From the IMG/VR virus record IMGVR_UViG_3300048858_000136, positions 1-33,610 of that record: a stretch of DNA of 33,610 nucleotides, one strand, 5' to 3'. A program made the translations under genes and the position numbers. Below the pieces are notes generated by a model. The model was not told the origin of the DNA. It saw only the letters and a list, made by a program, of their open reading frames with translations, and did no database searches. Each line of letters opens with the position of its first letter. Positions within the stretch are counted from its first letter, which is position 1. Below, in pieces: positions 6,361-15,222 of this stretch. Source of the stretch: a virus. Lineage: Duplodnaviria > Caudoviricetes.

Positions 6361-7813
6361 CTCGATCACGAACGCCGAGGGCAAGGCTACGGTCGAGCCG
6401 GACCCAAATGGCAATATCGTGGTTTTCCCGTTCATCGACGGCGGCAAGCCCGTCGGAGAGAAATATCGTGCGCCGGGAAAGAAGTTCTGGCAGCGCGCCG
6501 GCGGTCGCAAGACGTTCTGGAATGCAGACTGCATGGACGACCTCGCCCTCGAGGACGGCCGGAAGGCGCTTGTCATCACCGAGGGCGAGATCGACGCCCT
6601 GACCTCTATCGACTGCGGCTTTCACTGCACCGTTTCGGTGCCGGACGGTGCGCCGCCCGTGAAAGACGGAGAAGATCCTGAGACGCTGGACGATGCAAAC
6701 CCGGAAGACGACCGGCACGGCAAGTTCGAATACGTCTACAACAATCGAGATCGCGTCAAGCGCATCAAGCGGTTCGTTCTCGCCGTCGATAACGACGGTC
6801 CTGGTCGACGTCTGGCGGCCGAACTAGTCCGGCGGCTCGGTGCAGCCCGGTGCGCGTTCGTATCCTATCCCGAAGGCTGCAAGGACCTGAACGACGTCAG
6901 GATGAAGCTCGGCCCTGATGCAGTGGTCAGGGTGATCACCGACGCGAAACCGTACCCCGTGAAGGGGGTCTATCAGCTTTCGGATTATCCAGAGGTAGAC
7001 GAGCCAAGGGCATATTCCACCGGATGGCTCTGCGTCGACGAATACATACGCCTATGGCTTGGCGAGCTGCTGGTGATCACCGGTATCCCCGGCCACGGCA
7101 AGTCGACGTGGACGATGAACCTTTGCGTCAACCTGGCTCGTACCCACGGCTGGCGCGTGGCGGTAGCATCGTTTGAGATCCCAACTGTCCCCGCGCTGCG
7201 CTTCAAGCTTCGCCTTGCGGTGTCAGGCGTGCCGGCCAAGCAGTGGACCCGCGAACTGGTTAGTGAGGCTGACCGGTTCATCCAGGAGAACTTTATCTTC
7301 ATTGACGCCGACCCCGCCGGGGATGACGACGACGACATGACGCTGGAGTGGCTCCTCGAAAAGGCGGCCGATGCGGTCATCCGACATGGCATCAAGGTGC
7401 TCGTCATCGATCCGTGGAATGAGGTGGAGCACGCCAGGCCGAAACATGAGAGCGAGACGCAGTATGTGAACCGCTCGCTCCGGCAGATTAGGCGTTTCGC
7501 GCTGAAGCACGAGGTTCTGGCGATCGTTCTGGCGCACCCGACGAAAGACGTGGGTAAGGGGGGTGAGGCACGCACGCCGACGCTATACGACATCGAGGGC
7601 TCGGCCGCCTGGTACAACAAGCCCGACCACGGGATCGTCATCGACGTGCCCGACCCGACCCTGAAAGAAACCGTGGTCTGGATCAAGAAGGCCCGCTTCT
7701 CGTGGTCCGGCAAGAAGGGCGACGTGACGCTCGAATATGTCCCTGAGATCGAAGGCTACAGGTCTCTCTGCGGCGCCGATCCGCTGTGGCCGGCTGCTGT
7801 CGGGAGGAACTGA
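6266..7813 (+). CDS. TOPRIM primase plus SF4 (DnaB/Twinkle-like) helicase
   Basis: ITEGEIDAL, AVDNDGPG and KDLND (TOPRIM); GIPGHGKST Walker A, VLVIDPWN Walker B, LAHPTK, DIEGS; GGAG SD before ATG 6266. Confidence 0.93.
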   Translation: MTHALGPNGIKAFQNRMIDPEVAAHSGVFTGSSITNAEGKATVEPDPNGNIVVFPFIDGGKPVGEKYRAPGKKFWQRAGGRKTFWNADCMDDLALEDGRKALVITEGEIDALTSIDCGFHCTVSVPDGAPPVKDGEDPETLDDANPEDDRHGKFEYVYNNRDRVKRIKRFVLAVDNDGPGRRLAAELVRRLGAARCAFVSYPEGCKDLNDVRMKLGPDAVVRVITDAKPYPVKGVYQLSDYPEVDEPRAYSTGWLCVDEYIRLWLGELLVITGIPGHGKSTWTMNLCVNLARTHGWRVAVASFEIPTVPALRFKLRLAVSGVPAKQWTRELVSEADRFIQENFIFIDADPAGDDDDDMTLEWLLEKAADAVIRHGIKVLVIDPWNEVEHARPKHESETQYVNRSLRQIRRFALKHEVLAIVLAHPTKDVGKGGEARTPTLYDIEGSAAWYNKPDHGIVIDVPDPTLKETVVWIKKARFSWSGKKGDVTLEYVPEIEGYRSLCGADPLWPAAVGRN

Positions 7814-8076
7814 TCTATGAGCCCTGGGTCCAGAGCATTGCGCTCCCTTCGATGTCGAGCGGCCTCTGCTGCGAGCACGACTGCGGAACGAGCCTCCTCT
7901 ATTGGAAGTCTTCCTTCATGGACCGCCTGGCATGTGCGCCATGCGTGGAGCCAAACTCCGCGGTTCTGGTTCGGCTCGTTGACAAGCCAGTCCACGGCTT
8001 CTTCAAGTGAGCTGACGGTCATCCGCAATCCGCGAGATTCGATTTCGACCGGCTGCTTCCAGCATCTTCTCAGCAT
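7756..8076 (-). CDS. DUF982-family protein (moron, opposite strand)
   Basis: WKQPVEI...VSSLEEAVDWL...AWRTC...EEARSAVVLAAEAA fits the DUF982 pattern; GGAGG SD. Confidence 0.75.
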   Translation of the reverse strand: MLRRCWKQPVEIESRGLRMTVSSLEEAVDWLVNEPNQNRGVWLHAWRTCQAVHEGRLPIEEARSAVVLAAEAARHRRERNALDPGLIDQFLPTAAGHSGSAPQRDL

Positions 8077-8113
8077 GATCTCAACCTCCGATGAACGGTT
8101 GTTGATTCTTAAA

Positions 8114-8138
8114 AATCGGTTTGCTGAGAGATCGTTCC
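8114..8138 (-). promoter_or_regulatory. Putative general-stress sigma (EcfG/RpoE2-type) promoter
   Basis: Minus strand GGAAC-GATCTCTCAGCAAACCGA-TT, i.e. GGAAC-N18-TT, upstream of the DUF982 gene. Confidence 0.55.
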
Positions 8139-8197
8139 ATCTTTAAGGGGCCGACCGCAGAGGGCAGTCCCGCGCGTATCTTTCACTGGAGCAGCCA

Positions 8198-8494
8198 ATG
8201 ACGATCGCTGAGCGCAAGGCCCGAGAGGCGTACGACCGCCTCAACCCATGGCGTCCAATGAAGGACGCAAAGCCAGACGGCACGATCTGCGAATTGCTAT
8301 TCTCCGACATGGTCGGCAGCTTCGATGCGGACCAGCGCAGGTTCTTCCTCGATCCGTCCGGTGATTGGTACAGCATCGATCCACCTCAGCAATATTCGCG
8401 CCTCATCACGAAGATCACCAATTGGCGGCCGGCGTACGTGAAGCTGACACCAGAGCGCCGCAACCTCATCAAAAAGCGAACGGAAAGGAAGTAG
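8198..8494 (+). CDS. Hypothetical phage protein (98 aa)
   Basis: GGAG SD; NPWRPMKDAKPDGT...ITNWRP pattern seen in small phage nin-region proteins. Confidence 0.75.
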   Translation: MTIAERKAREAYDRLNPWRPMKDAKPDGTICELLFSDMVGSFDADQRRFFLDPSGDWYSIDPPQQYSRLITKITNWRPAYVKLTPERRNLIKKRTERK

Positions 8495-8496
8495 CC

Positions 8497-8700
8497 ATGG
8501 GCACCATCGTGAAGTTCACCGGGAGGTCGCATAACCCGGAGATGCGGTCAGGGCCGTATTGGGCCGGCCAGCCGCTGAAGGAGGCATTCCCGCGCCTGCG
8601 TGTCCGTACGCCGGAGGAGGTGCAGCGCCGTCACCTGGTCCTCTTCGAAGGCGAACTATGCTGCTTCATCAAGGACGATGGCCCGGAGGGAGCCGCCTGA
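8497..8700 (+). CDS. Hypothetical phage protein (67 aa)
   Basis: MGTIVKFTGRSHNPEMRSGP...; AAGGA SD; stop overlaps the next ATG. Confidence 0.65.
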   Translation: MGTIVKFTGRSHNPEMRSGPYWAGQPLKEAFPRLRVRTPEEVQRRHLVLFEGELCCFIKDDGPEGAA

Positions 8701-9314
8701 TGAAGGCCGGCATCAATCACCAACTTGACTGGTACGCCGTCCGCGCCGCGCCCCTCATGGAATGGAAGGTGGCCGACAAGCTGCGGGGGATGGGCTACGA
8801 GGTCTACCTTCCCACCATGCGTGTGGAGCGCAAGAACAAGCGAACGCACACATATTCCACCAAGGAGCGCGTGCTGATGCCGGGTTATCTCTTCCTTGGC
8901 GCCACCAGGCCCCTCTACTACGCTGCGAATTGCGACGGCGTCGAGGGCGTCCTTGGCAACCTCGCGGCCAGGTCGCGCAGGCAGCGCGAGGGGTCGCCGG
9001 TGAAAATCCCCAGCGTCTTGATCGAAGCTATCTTCCTTGCGGAAATCGATATGCAGTTCGACGACACGCGCGCCGCCCGCATCTATCGGCAGGAAGAGGG
9101 CAAGACGCGGCGCCTAACGGTCGCGATGCAGTTCGCTAAAGGCGGCCAAGGGCGTATTACAACCGGCCCGTTCGCCGGTCTGTCGGGCGTGATTGAGAAC
9201 GTCACCCACCAAGGCAAGGTGGAACTGCTGCTGGAGCTGTTCGGCCGGGTCACGCTTGCGACGTTCGATCCTCGCGAGCTAGTCTGTGGGCATAAATTCC
9301 CAATAGCAAGCTAG
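8700..9314 (+). CDS. NusG/RfaH-like transcription antiterminator (late activator position)
   Basis: NGN domain WYAVRAAPLME...VYLP...VLMPGYLF; KOW motif RITTGPFAGLSGVI...LLELFGR. Confidence 0.9.
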   Translation: MKAGINHQLDWYAVRAAPLMEWKVADKLRGMGYEVYLPTMRVERKNKRTHTYSTKERVLMPGYLFLGATRPLYYAANCDGVEGVLGNLAARSRRQREGSPVKIPSVLIEAIFLAEIDMQFDDTRAARIYRQEEGKTRRLTVAMQFAKGGQGRITTGPFAGLSGVIENVTHQGKVELLLELFGRVTLATFDPRELVCGHKFPIAS

Positions 9315-9318
9315 GGTG

Positions 9319-9347
9319 TTGAATATATTCCTGACCGATGCTAGTTT
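9319..9347 (+). promoter_or_regulatory. Putative late promoter
   Basis: TTGAAT-N17-TAGTTT directly after the antiterminator stop codon. Confidence 0.6.
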
Positions 9348-9671
9348 CAGCAAATCACGCGAATGGCTGCCGCCGGACCTTTCAAGGGAATACTCGCCGG
9401 GCCAATGCTGGAAATCGCGTCCAGCGGGGTGCGAAGCTATATCCTAATTTCAGTAGGCAACACAAACGGTGAGCCGCTGATCGTTAAACCCGGTGAATAT
9501 GGTTCAACCTCAGGGGCCTGCAACCACTGCGTTGCCACCGCGAAATCTTGATTGGCTCTGCCAGAAGACGGGTGTTGGCTCACGTTTTATTTACCGTACG
9601 GAGCCTTCGCGTTCATCAACCGTTCAAGTGGTGACCCACACTCTCGGTCGTCACCTTGAAAGGAAAAAGAC

Positions 9672-10133
9672 GTGAGAAAACTATCGATAATAGCTATCGC
9701 GGTTGCCACCGCGATCACAGGAATGACCCCTGCTTGGGCTGCGCCGTTAGGCGTTTCCCCAACGACTTTGATCGTCCAGAGTGACGTTCTGCAAGTTCAG
9801 GATAAAAAATGGATACGGCGCCACGCGCGGCAGGATCGGCAGCGTGAGGTTCGCCGCTACGACCGCGATCGCCGGGGGTGGCACAACGGTCAGCGGGGCC
9901 ACAGAGAGTACCGCCGCGGTTATCGTCGTCACAGTGACGGTTGGTGGTATCCGCTCGCTGCCTTCGGAGCAGGCGCTGTGATTGGAGGTGCCATTGCCTC
10001 GCAGCCGAGCACTAGCTATGGCAGCAATCATGTCCAGTGGTGCGCTGATCGGTACCGGACCTATCGCGCCTACGACAATACCTATGTGCCGCGGGCGGGC
10101 GTTCGCGCTGCTTGCAATTCGCCCTACAACTAG
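9672..10133 (+). CDS. BA14K-family secreted lectin-like protein (moron)
   Basis: Signal peptide (…TPAWA), Arg/Gly/His-rich middle, [19 protein letters not shown]-terminal [19 protein letters not shown]...C; AAGGA SD before GTG. Confidence 0.9.
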   Translation: MRKLSIIAIAVATAITGMTPAWAAPLGVSPTTLIVQSDVLQVQDKKWIRRHARQDRQREVRRYDRDRRGWHNGQRGHREYRRGYRRHSDGWWYPLAAFGAGAVIGGAIASQPSTSYGSNHVQWCADRYRTYRAYDNTYVPRAGVRAACNSPYN

Positions 10134-10345
10134 ATCAGTACGCTCTTGATTCAATAACCTGGGGCTGTCTGATCGTCAGGCAGCTCCTGAAATTTTTGCG
10201 GTCAGGACACACGGTAAGTCGTGTTCGTCATGACATCGAGATCTCCATTTCGAATGGGGATTGCCAGATCGACGCTCACTCTGGCAACAACGGCCCCTGC
10301 GGAACCTTTGGCACCCGCCAGAGTCCTAAACGGGCGGAGGTTCCC

Positions 10346-10441
10346 ATGGCTGATGACAAGCAACAACCGAACTATGTGCTGATTGGCGTGCTAATAGTAA
10401 TCGTCGCAATCGGCTTGGGGGTCTGGTGGGCCAACGCCTAG
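10346..10441 (+). CDS. 31-aa single-pass membrane peptide
   Basis: MADDKQQPNYVLIGVLIVIVAIGLGVWWANA with a strong GGAGGT SD. Confidence 0.65.
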   Translation: MADDKQQPNYVLIGVLIVIVAIGLGVWWANA

Positions 10442-10445
10442 CTAG

Positions 10446-10465
10446 CTGCCGTCCCGACACGGCAG
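10446..10465. terminator. Hairpin between convergent small genes
   Basis: CTGCCGT-CCCGAC-ACGGCAG; no clear U-tract. Confidence 0.35.
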
Positions 10466-10518
10466 GCTGAATAGCACTGCTGCCGCGCACCGAAGCCCCG
10501 CAGGATAGTTCAGGTTGC

Positions 10519-10713
10519 TCAAGTGCGTCCGAACAAACCGCGAGCACGCCAAACGGTAACAAGCTGCTCTTCAATCGCCTCCGGCGAGCGATGTCCGAAA
10601 CGCTGGCCTAGAGCTACAGAGAGAGCTTTCAAGTCCATTTCGCGAGGGGCGTTTTCCGCTGCCCGGTCAGCATGCGCTGCGATCTCGGCCATTAGTTCGT
10701 CATCTTCAGTCAT
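10519..10713 (-). CDS. Hypothetical protein (64 aa, opposite-strand moron)
   Basis: MTEDDELMAEIAAHADRAAENAP...; GGGAGG SD; lies in otherwise non-coding space. Confidence 0.6.
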   Translation of the reverse strand: MTEDDELMAEIAAHADRAAENAPREMDLKALSVALGQRFGHRSPEAIEEQLVTVWRARGLFGRT

Positions 10714-10805
10714 TGTCCCCTCCCAAGGTCAGTTCATGCCAGCGCCGATTATGCCCGGCACGAGAGGTTCGCGCAGGCAAAAGGCAAAGGCAAGAGTAGT
10801 TGAAC

Positions 10806-11315
10806 ATGGATGAGAGAATGAAGTTCACGCAGGAACTAGCCGACACGATCTGCGAGCGCATCGCGAACGGTGAAAGCCTCCGGTCGATCTGTGACGGAGG
10901 TGGCTTCCCCGACAAGGCAACGGTCTTCCGCTGGCTCTCGTTCAACGACGACTTCCGCGACCAGTACGCCCGCGCGCGCGAAGCCCAGGCCGACGCCATC
11001 TTCGATGACATCCTGACGATTGCCGACGATGGGCAGAACGACTGGATGGAGAAGAAGGACGCCGAGGGCGAGAACATCGGCTGGCGCGAGAACGGCGAAG
11101 CGATCCGCCGCTCGCAGCTCCGCATCGACGCTCGCAAATGGATGGCCGGCAAGCTAAAGCCGAAGAAGTACGGGGAGAAGCTGGACCTGAACGTGTCCGG
11201 CAGCCTCGAAACCGTATCCGAGGACCAGTTGAATGCTCGAATCACTCAGCTTCTCGGAAAAGCGGGAGCTAATGGCTCTGCTGGAGGAGCAGGATCGTCG
11301 GAAGAGGCGGAATAA
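10806..11315 (+). CDS. terS: Terminase small subunit (Sf6-like)
   Basis: FTQELADTICERIANGESLRSIC...TVFRWL...YARARE...RIDARKWMAGKLKPKKYG. The start could instead be 10818. Confidence 0.9.
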   Translation: MDERMKFTQELADTICERIANGESLRSICDGGGFPDKATVFRWLSFNDDFRDQYARAREAQADAIFDDILTIADDGQNDWMEKKDAEGENIGWRENGEAIRRSQLRIDARKWMAGKLKPKKYGEKLDLNVSGSLETVSEDQLNARITQLLGKAGANGSAGGAGSSEEAE

Positions 11316-12675
11316 GCTCCGGTACTACTCGCCTTACCTGAAGCAGAGGGATTTCCACAGGGCAGGGGCGGAACGAGCCGAGCGCTTGTTCATGGCTGGC
11401 AACCAGCTCGGAAAGACGATCGCTGGCGGTGCCGAATGGGCGATGCATCTGACGGGCCGATACCCCGACTGGTGGGAAGGAGCCACGTTCAACAATGCGC
11501 CGGTGCTATGGGCTGGCTCTGTCACCAGCGAGGCGACGAGAGATAACCCGCAGCGCATCCTTGTAGGACCGCCAGCGCGCGAGGAAGCATGGGGAACCGG
11601 CTTTATCCCCGGCGACTGCATCATTGGCCGGAACCGCGCCCAGGGCGTGCCCAACCTCCTCGACAACGTCGTCGTCCGGTGGGGCGGCGGTGGAGATGTC
11701 CAGGCCGGTGAAAGCATCCTGTCCTTCAAGGCCTATGAAAAGGGCCGCGAGAAATGGCAGGGACCGACAGTTGATGGCGTATGGTTCGACGAAGAGCCGC
11801 CGGAAGCCATCTATAGCGAAGGCCTGACGCGAACGAACAACGGCCAGCGCGGGCAGTTCGCACAGGTGACGTTCACCCCGTTGCTCGGCATGTCGACAGT
11901 GGTTGCGCGCTTCGTACGGCCGGCCGGGAATGACATCGGCCAACAGTCCCGCCACGTCACGACAATGACGATCGATGACGCCCAGCACTACACGCCTCAG
12001 CAGCGCGCCCAGATCATCGCCAGCTACCCGGCGCACGAACGCGAGGCACGGTCCAAGGGCATCCCCTCGATGGGATCGGGCCTGATCTTCCCGGTGCTGG
12101 AAGAAAGCATCATCGTCGAGCCGTTCGAGATCCCGAAGCACTGGCCGCAGATCGGCGCGCTGGATTTCGGTTGGGATCACCCGACCGCGGCCGTCAGCCT
12201 GGCATGGGATCGAGACAGCGACGTCGTCTATGTGACGAAGGATTATCGCGAGCGCCACCAAACGCCGGTGCTGCACGCCGCTGCATTGAAGCCATGGGGC
12301 GCTTGGCTGCCATGGGCTTGGCCGCATGACGGCAACAACGACACGGCAGCAGGCGAGGCGCTGTCAAAGCAGTATCGGGCTCAGGGGCTCAACATGCTGC
12401 CTGAGCACGCGACGTTCCTGTCTGGCGGCAACAGCGTCGAAGCCGGGCTCATGGAAATGCTGGACCGGATGCAGACGGGGCGCTGGAAGGTCTTCCGCAC
12501 CTGCGGGCATTGGCAGGATGAGCGCCGGCTCTATCACCGCAAGGACGGCAAGGTCGTCAAAGAGATCGACGATACGATCTCCGCCTCCCGATACGGGATG
12601 ATGATGCTGCGCTTCGCGAAGACGAAGCCGGCCGCAAACGATTGGAACTTCGTTCCGAGAAAGGGCATCGTCTGA
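11233..12675 (+). CDS. terL: Terminase large subunit (P22-like)
   Basis: MAGNQLGKT Walker A, VWFDEEPP Walker B, TFTPLLG, nuclease motifs LDFGWDHP and DDTISASRY. Confidence 0.95.
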   Translation: MLESLSFSEKRELMALLEEQDRRKRRNKLRYYSPYLKQRDFHRAGAERAERLFMAGNQLGKTIAGGAEWAMHLTGRYPDWWEGATFNNAPVLWAGSVTSEATRDNPQRILVGPPAREEAWGTGFIPGDCIIGRNRAQGVPNLLDNVVVRWGGGGDVQAGESILSFKAYEKGREKWQGPTVDGVWFDEEPPEAIYSEGLTRTNNGQRGQFAQVTFTPLLGMSTVVARFVRPAGNDIGQQSRHVTTMTIDDAQHYTPQQRAQIIASYPAHEREARSKGIPSMGSGLIFPVLEESIIVEPFEIPKHWPQIGALDFGWDHPTAAVSLAWDRDSDVVYVTKDYRERHQTPVLHAAALKPWGAWLPWAWPHDGNNDTAAGEALSKQYRAQGLNMLPEHATFLSGGNSVEAGLMEMLDRMQTGRWKVFRTCGHWQDERRLYHRKDGKVVKEIDDTISASRYGMMMLRFAKTKPAANDWNFVPRKGIV

Positions 12676-14942
12676 TGGCGAAACGCAAGCCGACCATGTC
12701 CGTCGAGGACCTGTGCACAGCGGTGTCTTCGCTTGTCGAGGACGCCCGTAAGTACGGGGAAGAGCGCTCCGCCGACCGCATCAAGGCGATCGAGTATTTC
12801 GACGGCGAGATGAAGGACGTGAAGGCGGAGGACGACCGTTCCAAAGTGGTCTCCCGCGACACGCGAGCCATCATCAAGAAAGTTCTGCCGTCCATCAAGC
12901 GGACGCTCCTCGGAAGCGCGGAACTGGTCGAGTATCTGCCGCAGGGGCAGGAAGACGAGGCCGGCGCCGAGCAAGCGAGCGACTATGTAAACTTCGTGGC
13001 CCTGCCGGAGTGCAAGGGCCGCAAGGCTATCTGGAGCGCCATCCATGACGCCGTGAAATTGCGCAACGGCATTCTTAAGTGGTTCCAGAAGAAGACGATC
13101 GACGTGAAGGTCAGCTCGCACACTGGCCTGGACGAAGCCGCTTTCGCGCAGCTGGTATCTGACCCCGACGTCGAGGTGCTGGCCTACTCGCAGCGGGTCG
13201 AGATGATTGACACGCCGCAAGGCCCTGTCCAACAGCCGGCGCACGACGTGAAGATCAAGCGTCGCGTCGAGACGTCCCTCCCGGCAATCGTTGCCGTCCC
13301 TCCCGAGAACTGGCTGATTCATCCGGATGCCGTCTCGCTGGAAGACAGCCCGATCCTCGGCGAGAGTTACAAGGTTCGTCGCTCCGATCTGGTGAAGATG
13401 GGCTACGACCGGAAAGTCGTTGACGATCTCCACGGCTCCACCGGTGAGTCCTCCGAGCATGAGGCAGAAGAAACGGCCCGTCGGCGCGACGTGTTCAACC
13501 GGGATTCGGCTCCGACCCGCTCGCTGGAGGAGGTCGAATTTTATGACCTTCTCGTGCGCATCGACTATGACGATGACGGGATTGCCGAGCTGCGTCGGAT
13601 GGTCTTCGCCGGCGGCCTGAAGGAAGAGAACCTGCTCGAAAATACCGAGTGGGACGAGATCAACTATGCTGACGTCGTGTCGGAAGAGCGCCCGCATCAG
13701 TGGGAAGGCAACTCAATCCCCGACGACACGATGGACATCCAGCAGATCAAGACGGTTCTGCTGCGCGGTACCCTCGACAACCTTTATTGGCAGAACAACC
13801 TTCAGCCGATCGTGCAGGAAGGCCAGGTTCAGAACCCTGAAGCGGTTCTCAACCCGAAGTTCGGCCAGGTGATCCGCGTCCCGCAGGGCACGCCGGTCCA
13901 CGAGGCCGTCGGCTACAGTCAGGTCCCGATGGTGGCCGATAAGTCCTTCAACATGATGGCGTATCTCGATGGCGAATTGGCAGACCGCACCGGCATCAAC
14001 GATGCATCGAGCGGCTTGGCCCCCGACGCGCTGCAGAACATGACCGCCAAGGCCTCCGCTCTGATAGAGCAGGCCGGCATCGGTCAGACAGAAATGATGG
14101 TGAGTTGCATCGCCGAGAGCCTGGCTCCGGTATTCAAGGGTTTTCTGCGCCTCGTCGTGCAACACCAGGACAAGCCGCGGACGGTTCGCTTGCGCAATGA
14201 ATGGGTGACGGTTGATCCGCGATCGTGGAACGCCAGCATGGACGCCCAGGTCAACACCGGTCTCGGTGCCGGTACGCGAGAACGCGACGTTATCGCCGTT
14301 CAACAAGTCATCGCACTGCAAAAGGAATTGCTGGCGACTCTCGGCCCGAACAACCCGTATGTGAAGCCGGAGCAGCTCTACAACGCAATTGCCAAGCTGG
14401 TGCAGGCAACGGGCCTCAAGAACGTTCAGCAGTTCTTCACGAAGCCCGATCCGCAGGAGATCGAGGCTCTTCAGAAGGCGCAGCAAGATCAGCCAAACCC
14501 CGAGCAGATGAAGGCCGAGGCCGCAATGAAGCTGGAGGAGGCCCGCACGCAGGGCAGGATGCAGATCGAGCAGATGAGGGCGCAGGCCCGCCTCGCTGAG
14601 TACGACAAGAAGATGCAGGCCGACGCAGCGCACGAACAGGCACAGCGCGACGCTGATCTGCAGGTGAAGCTCGCCGAACTGGAGAAGGAAACGGAAGCGA
14701 AGCGGCAGGACATTGTCGCAGCAGCCCAGCGCGAGGCCGATCGGCGCGAGACGGAATTGCAGAAGGCGGACATCCAGCAGCAGACCGAACGCGAATGGAT
14801 GGACACGCAGGTCGCGCTTCTTGACCGAAAGATTGCGGCTGATGCGTTGAATTCCGTTCGCTCGGGTCTGGCCTCGGTCATGTCGGGCCGCGCGGTGGAC
14901 CGGATGCAGTCCGGCAACCAGTTGGGCCGTCAGGTTACCTAG
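12675..14942 (+). CDS. Portal protein with long C-terminal helical barrel
   Basis: 755 aa directly after terL; SKVVSRD, EAGAEQASDYVNFV; Q/E/A-rich C-terminal coiled coil as in P22-type portals. Confidence 0.9.
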   Translation: MAKRKPTMSVEDLCTAVSSLVEDARKYGEERSADRIKAIEYFDGEMKDVKAEDDRSKVVSRDTRAIIKKVLPSIKRTLLGSAELVEYLPQGQEDEAGAEQASDYVNFVALPECKGRKAIWSAIHDAVKLRNGILKWFQKKTIDVKVSSHTGLDEAAFAQLVSDPDVEVLAYSQRVEMIDTPQGPVQQPAHDVKIKRRVETSLPAIVAVPPENWLIHPDAVSLEDSPILGESYKVRRSDLVKMGYDRKVVDDLHGSTGESSEHEAEETARRRDVFNRDSAPTRSLEEVEFYDLLVRIDYDDDGIAELRRMVFAGGLKEENLLENTEWDEINYADVVSEERPHQWEGNSIPDDTMDIQQIKTVLLRGTLDNLYWQNNLQPIVQEGQVQNPEAVLNPKFGQVIRVPQGTPVHEAVGYSQVPMVADKSFNMMAYLDGELADRTGINDASSGLAPDALQNMTAKASALIEQAGIGQTEMMVSCIAESLAPVFKGFLRLVVQHQDKPRTVRLRNEWVTVDPRSWNASMDAQVNTGLGAGTRERDVIAVQQVIALQKELLATLGPNNPYVKPEQLYNAIAKLVQATGLKNVQQFFTKPDPQEIEALQKAQQDQPNPEQMKAEAAMKLEEARTQGRMQIEQMRAQARLAEYDKKMQADAAHEQAQRDADLQVKLAELEKETEAKRQDIVAAAQREADRRETELQKADIQQQTEREWMDTQVALLDRKIAADALNSVRSGLASVMSGRAVDRMQSGNQLGRQVT

Positions 14943-14953
14943 GGGTCAGCGCC

Positions 14954-15193
14954 ATGAACACCGATGAACGCCGCCGCGCCGCGGACGCCATTCTCCACGT
15001 CCCGTTCTTCCACGACCTCTTCGACGAGATTGAGAAGCAAGCCGTTGACGGCTGCGTCTATGCAAAACACGACGATCACGAAACCAGGCAGGCTTACGCC
15101 GCCGAGGTGCGCGTGATCCGAAAGCTCCGCCAGCGCTTGGAAACCATCTCGAAAGAGGGTCAATCCACCGCGGGCAGATCAGCGCCGGCATAA
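14954..15193 (+). CDS. Small head-module protein (79 aa)
   Basis: Between portal and scaffold, a conserved position in such podoviruses; AGGGG SD. Confidence 0.75.
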   Translation: MNTDERRRAADAILHVPFFHDLFDEIEKQAVDGCVYAKHDDHETRQAYAAEVRVIRKLRQRLETISKEGQSTAGRSAPA

Positions 15194-15222
15194 GGCTCGC
15201 GCACAACCTCCAAGAGGAAAAC

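Noticed and set aside
9363-9675. Short ORFs 9363..9551 and 9493..9675
   Set aside because: No convincing SD or family features; more plausibly late leader and moron promoter DNA.
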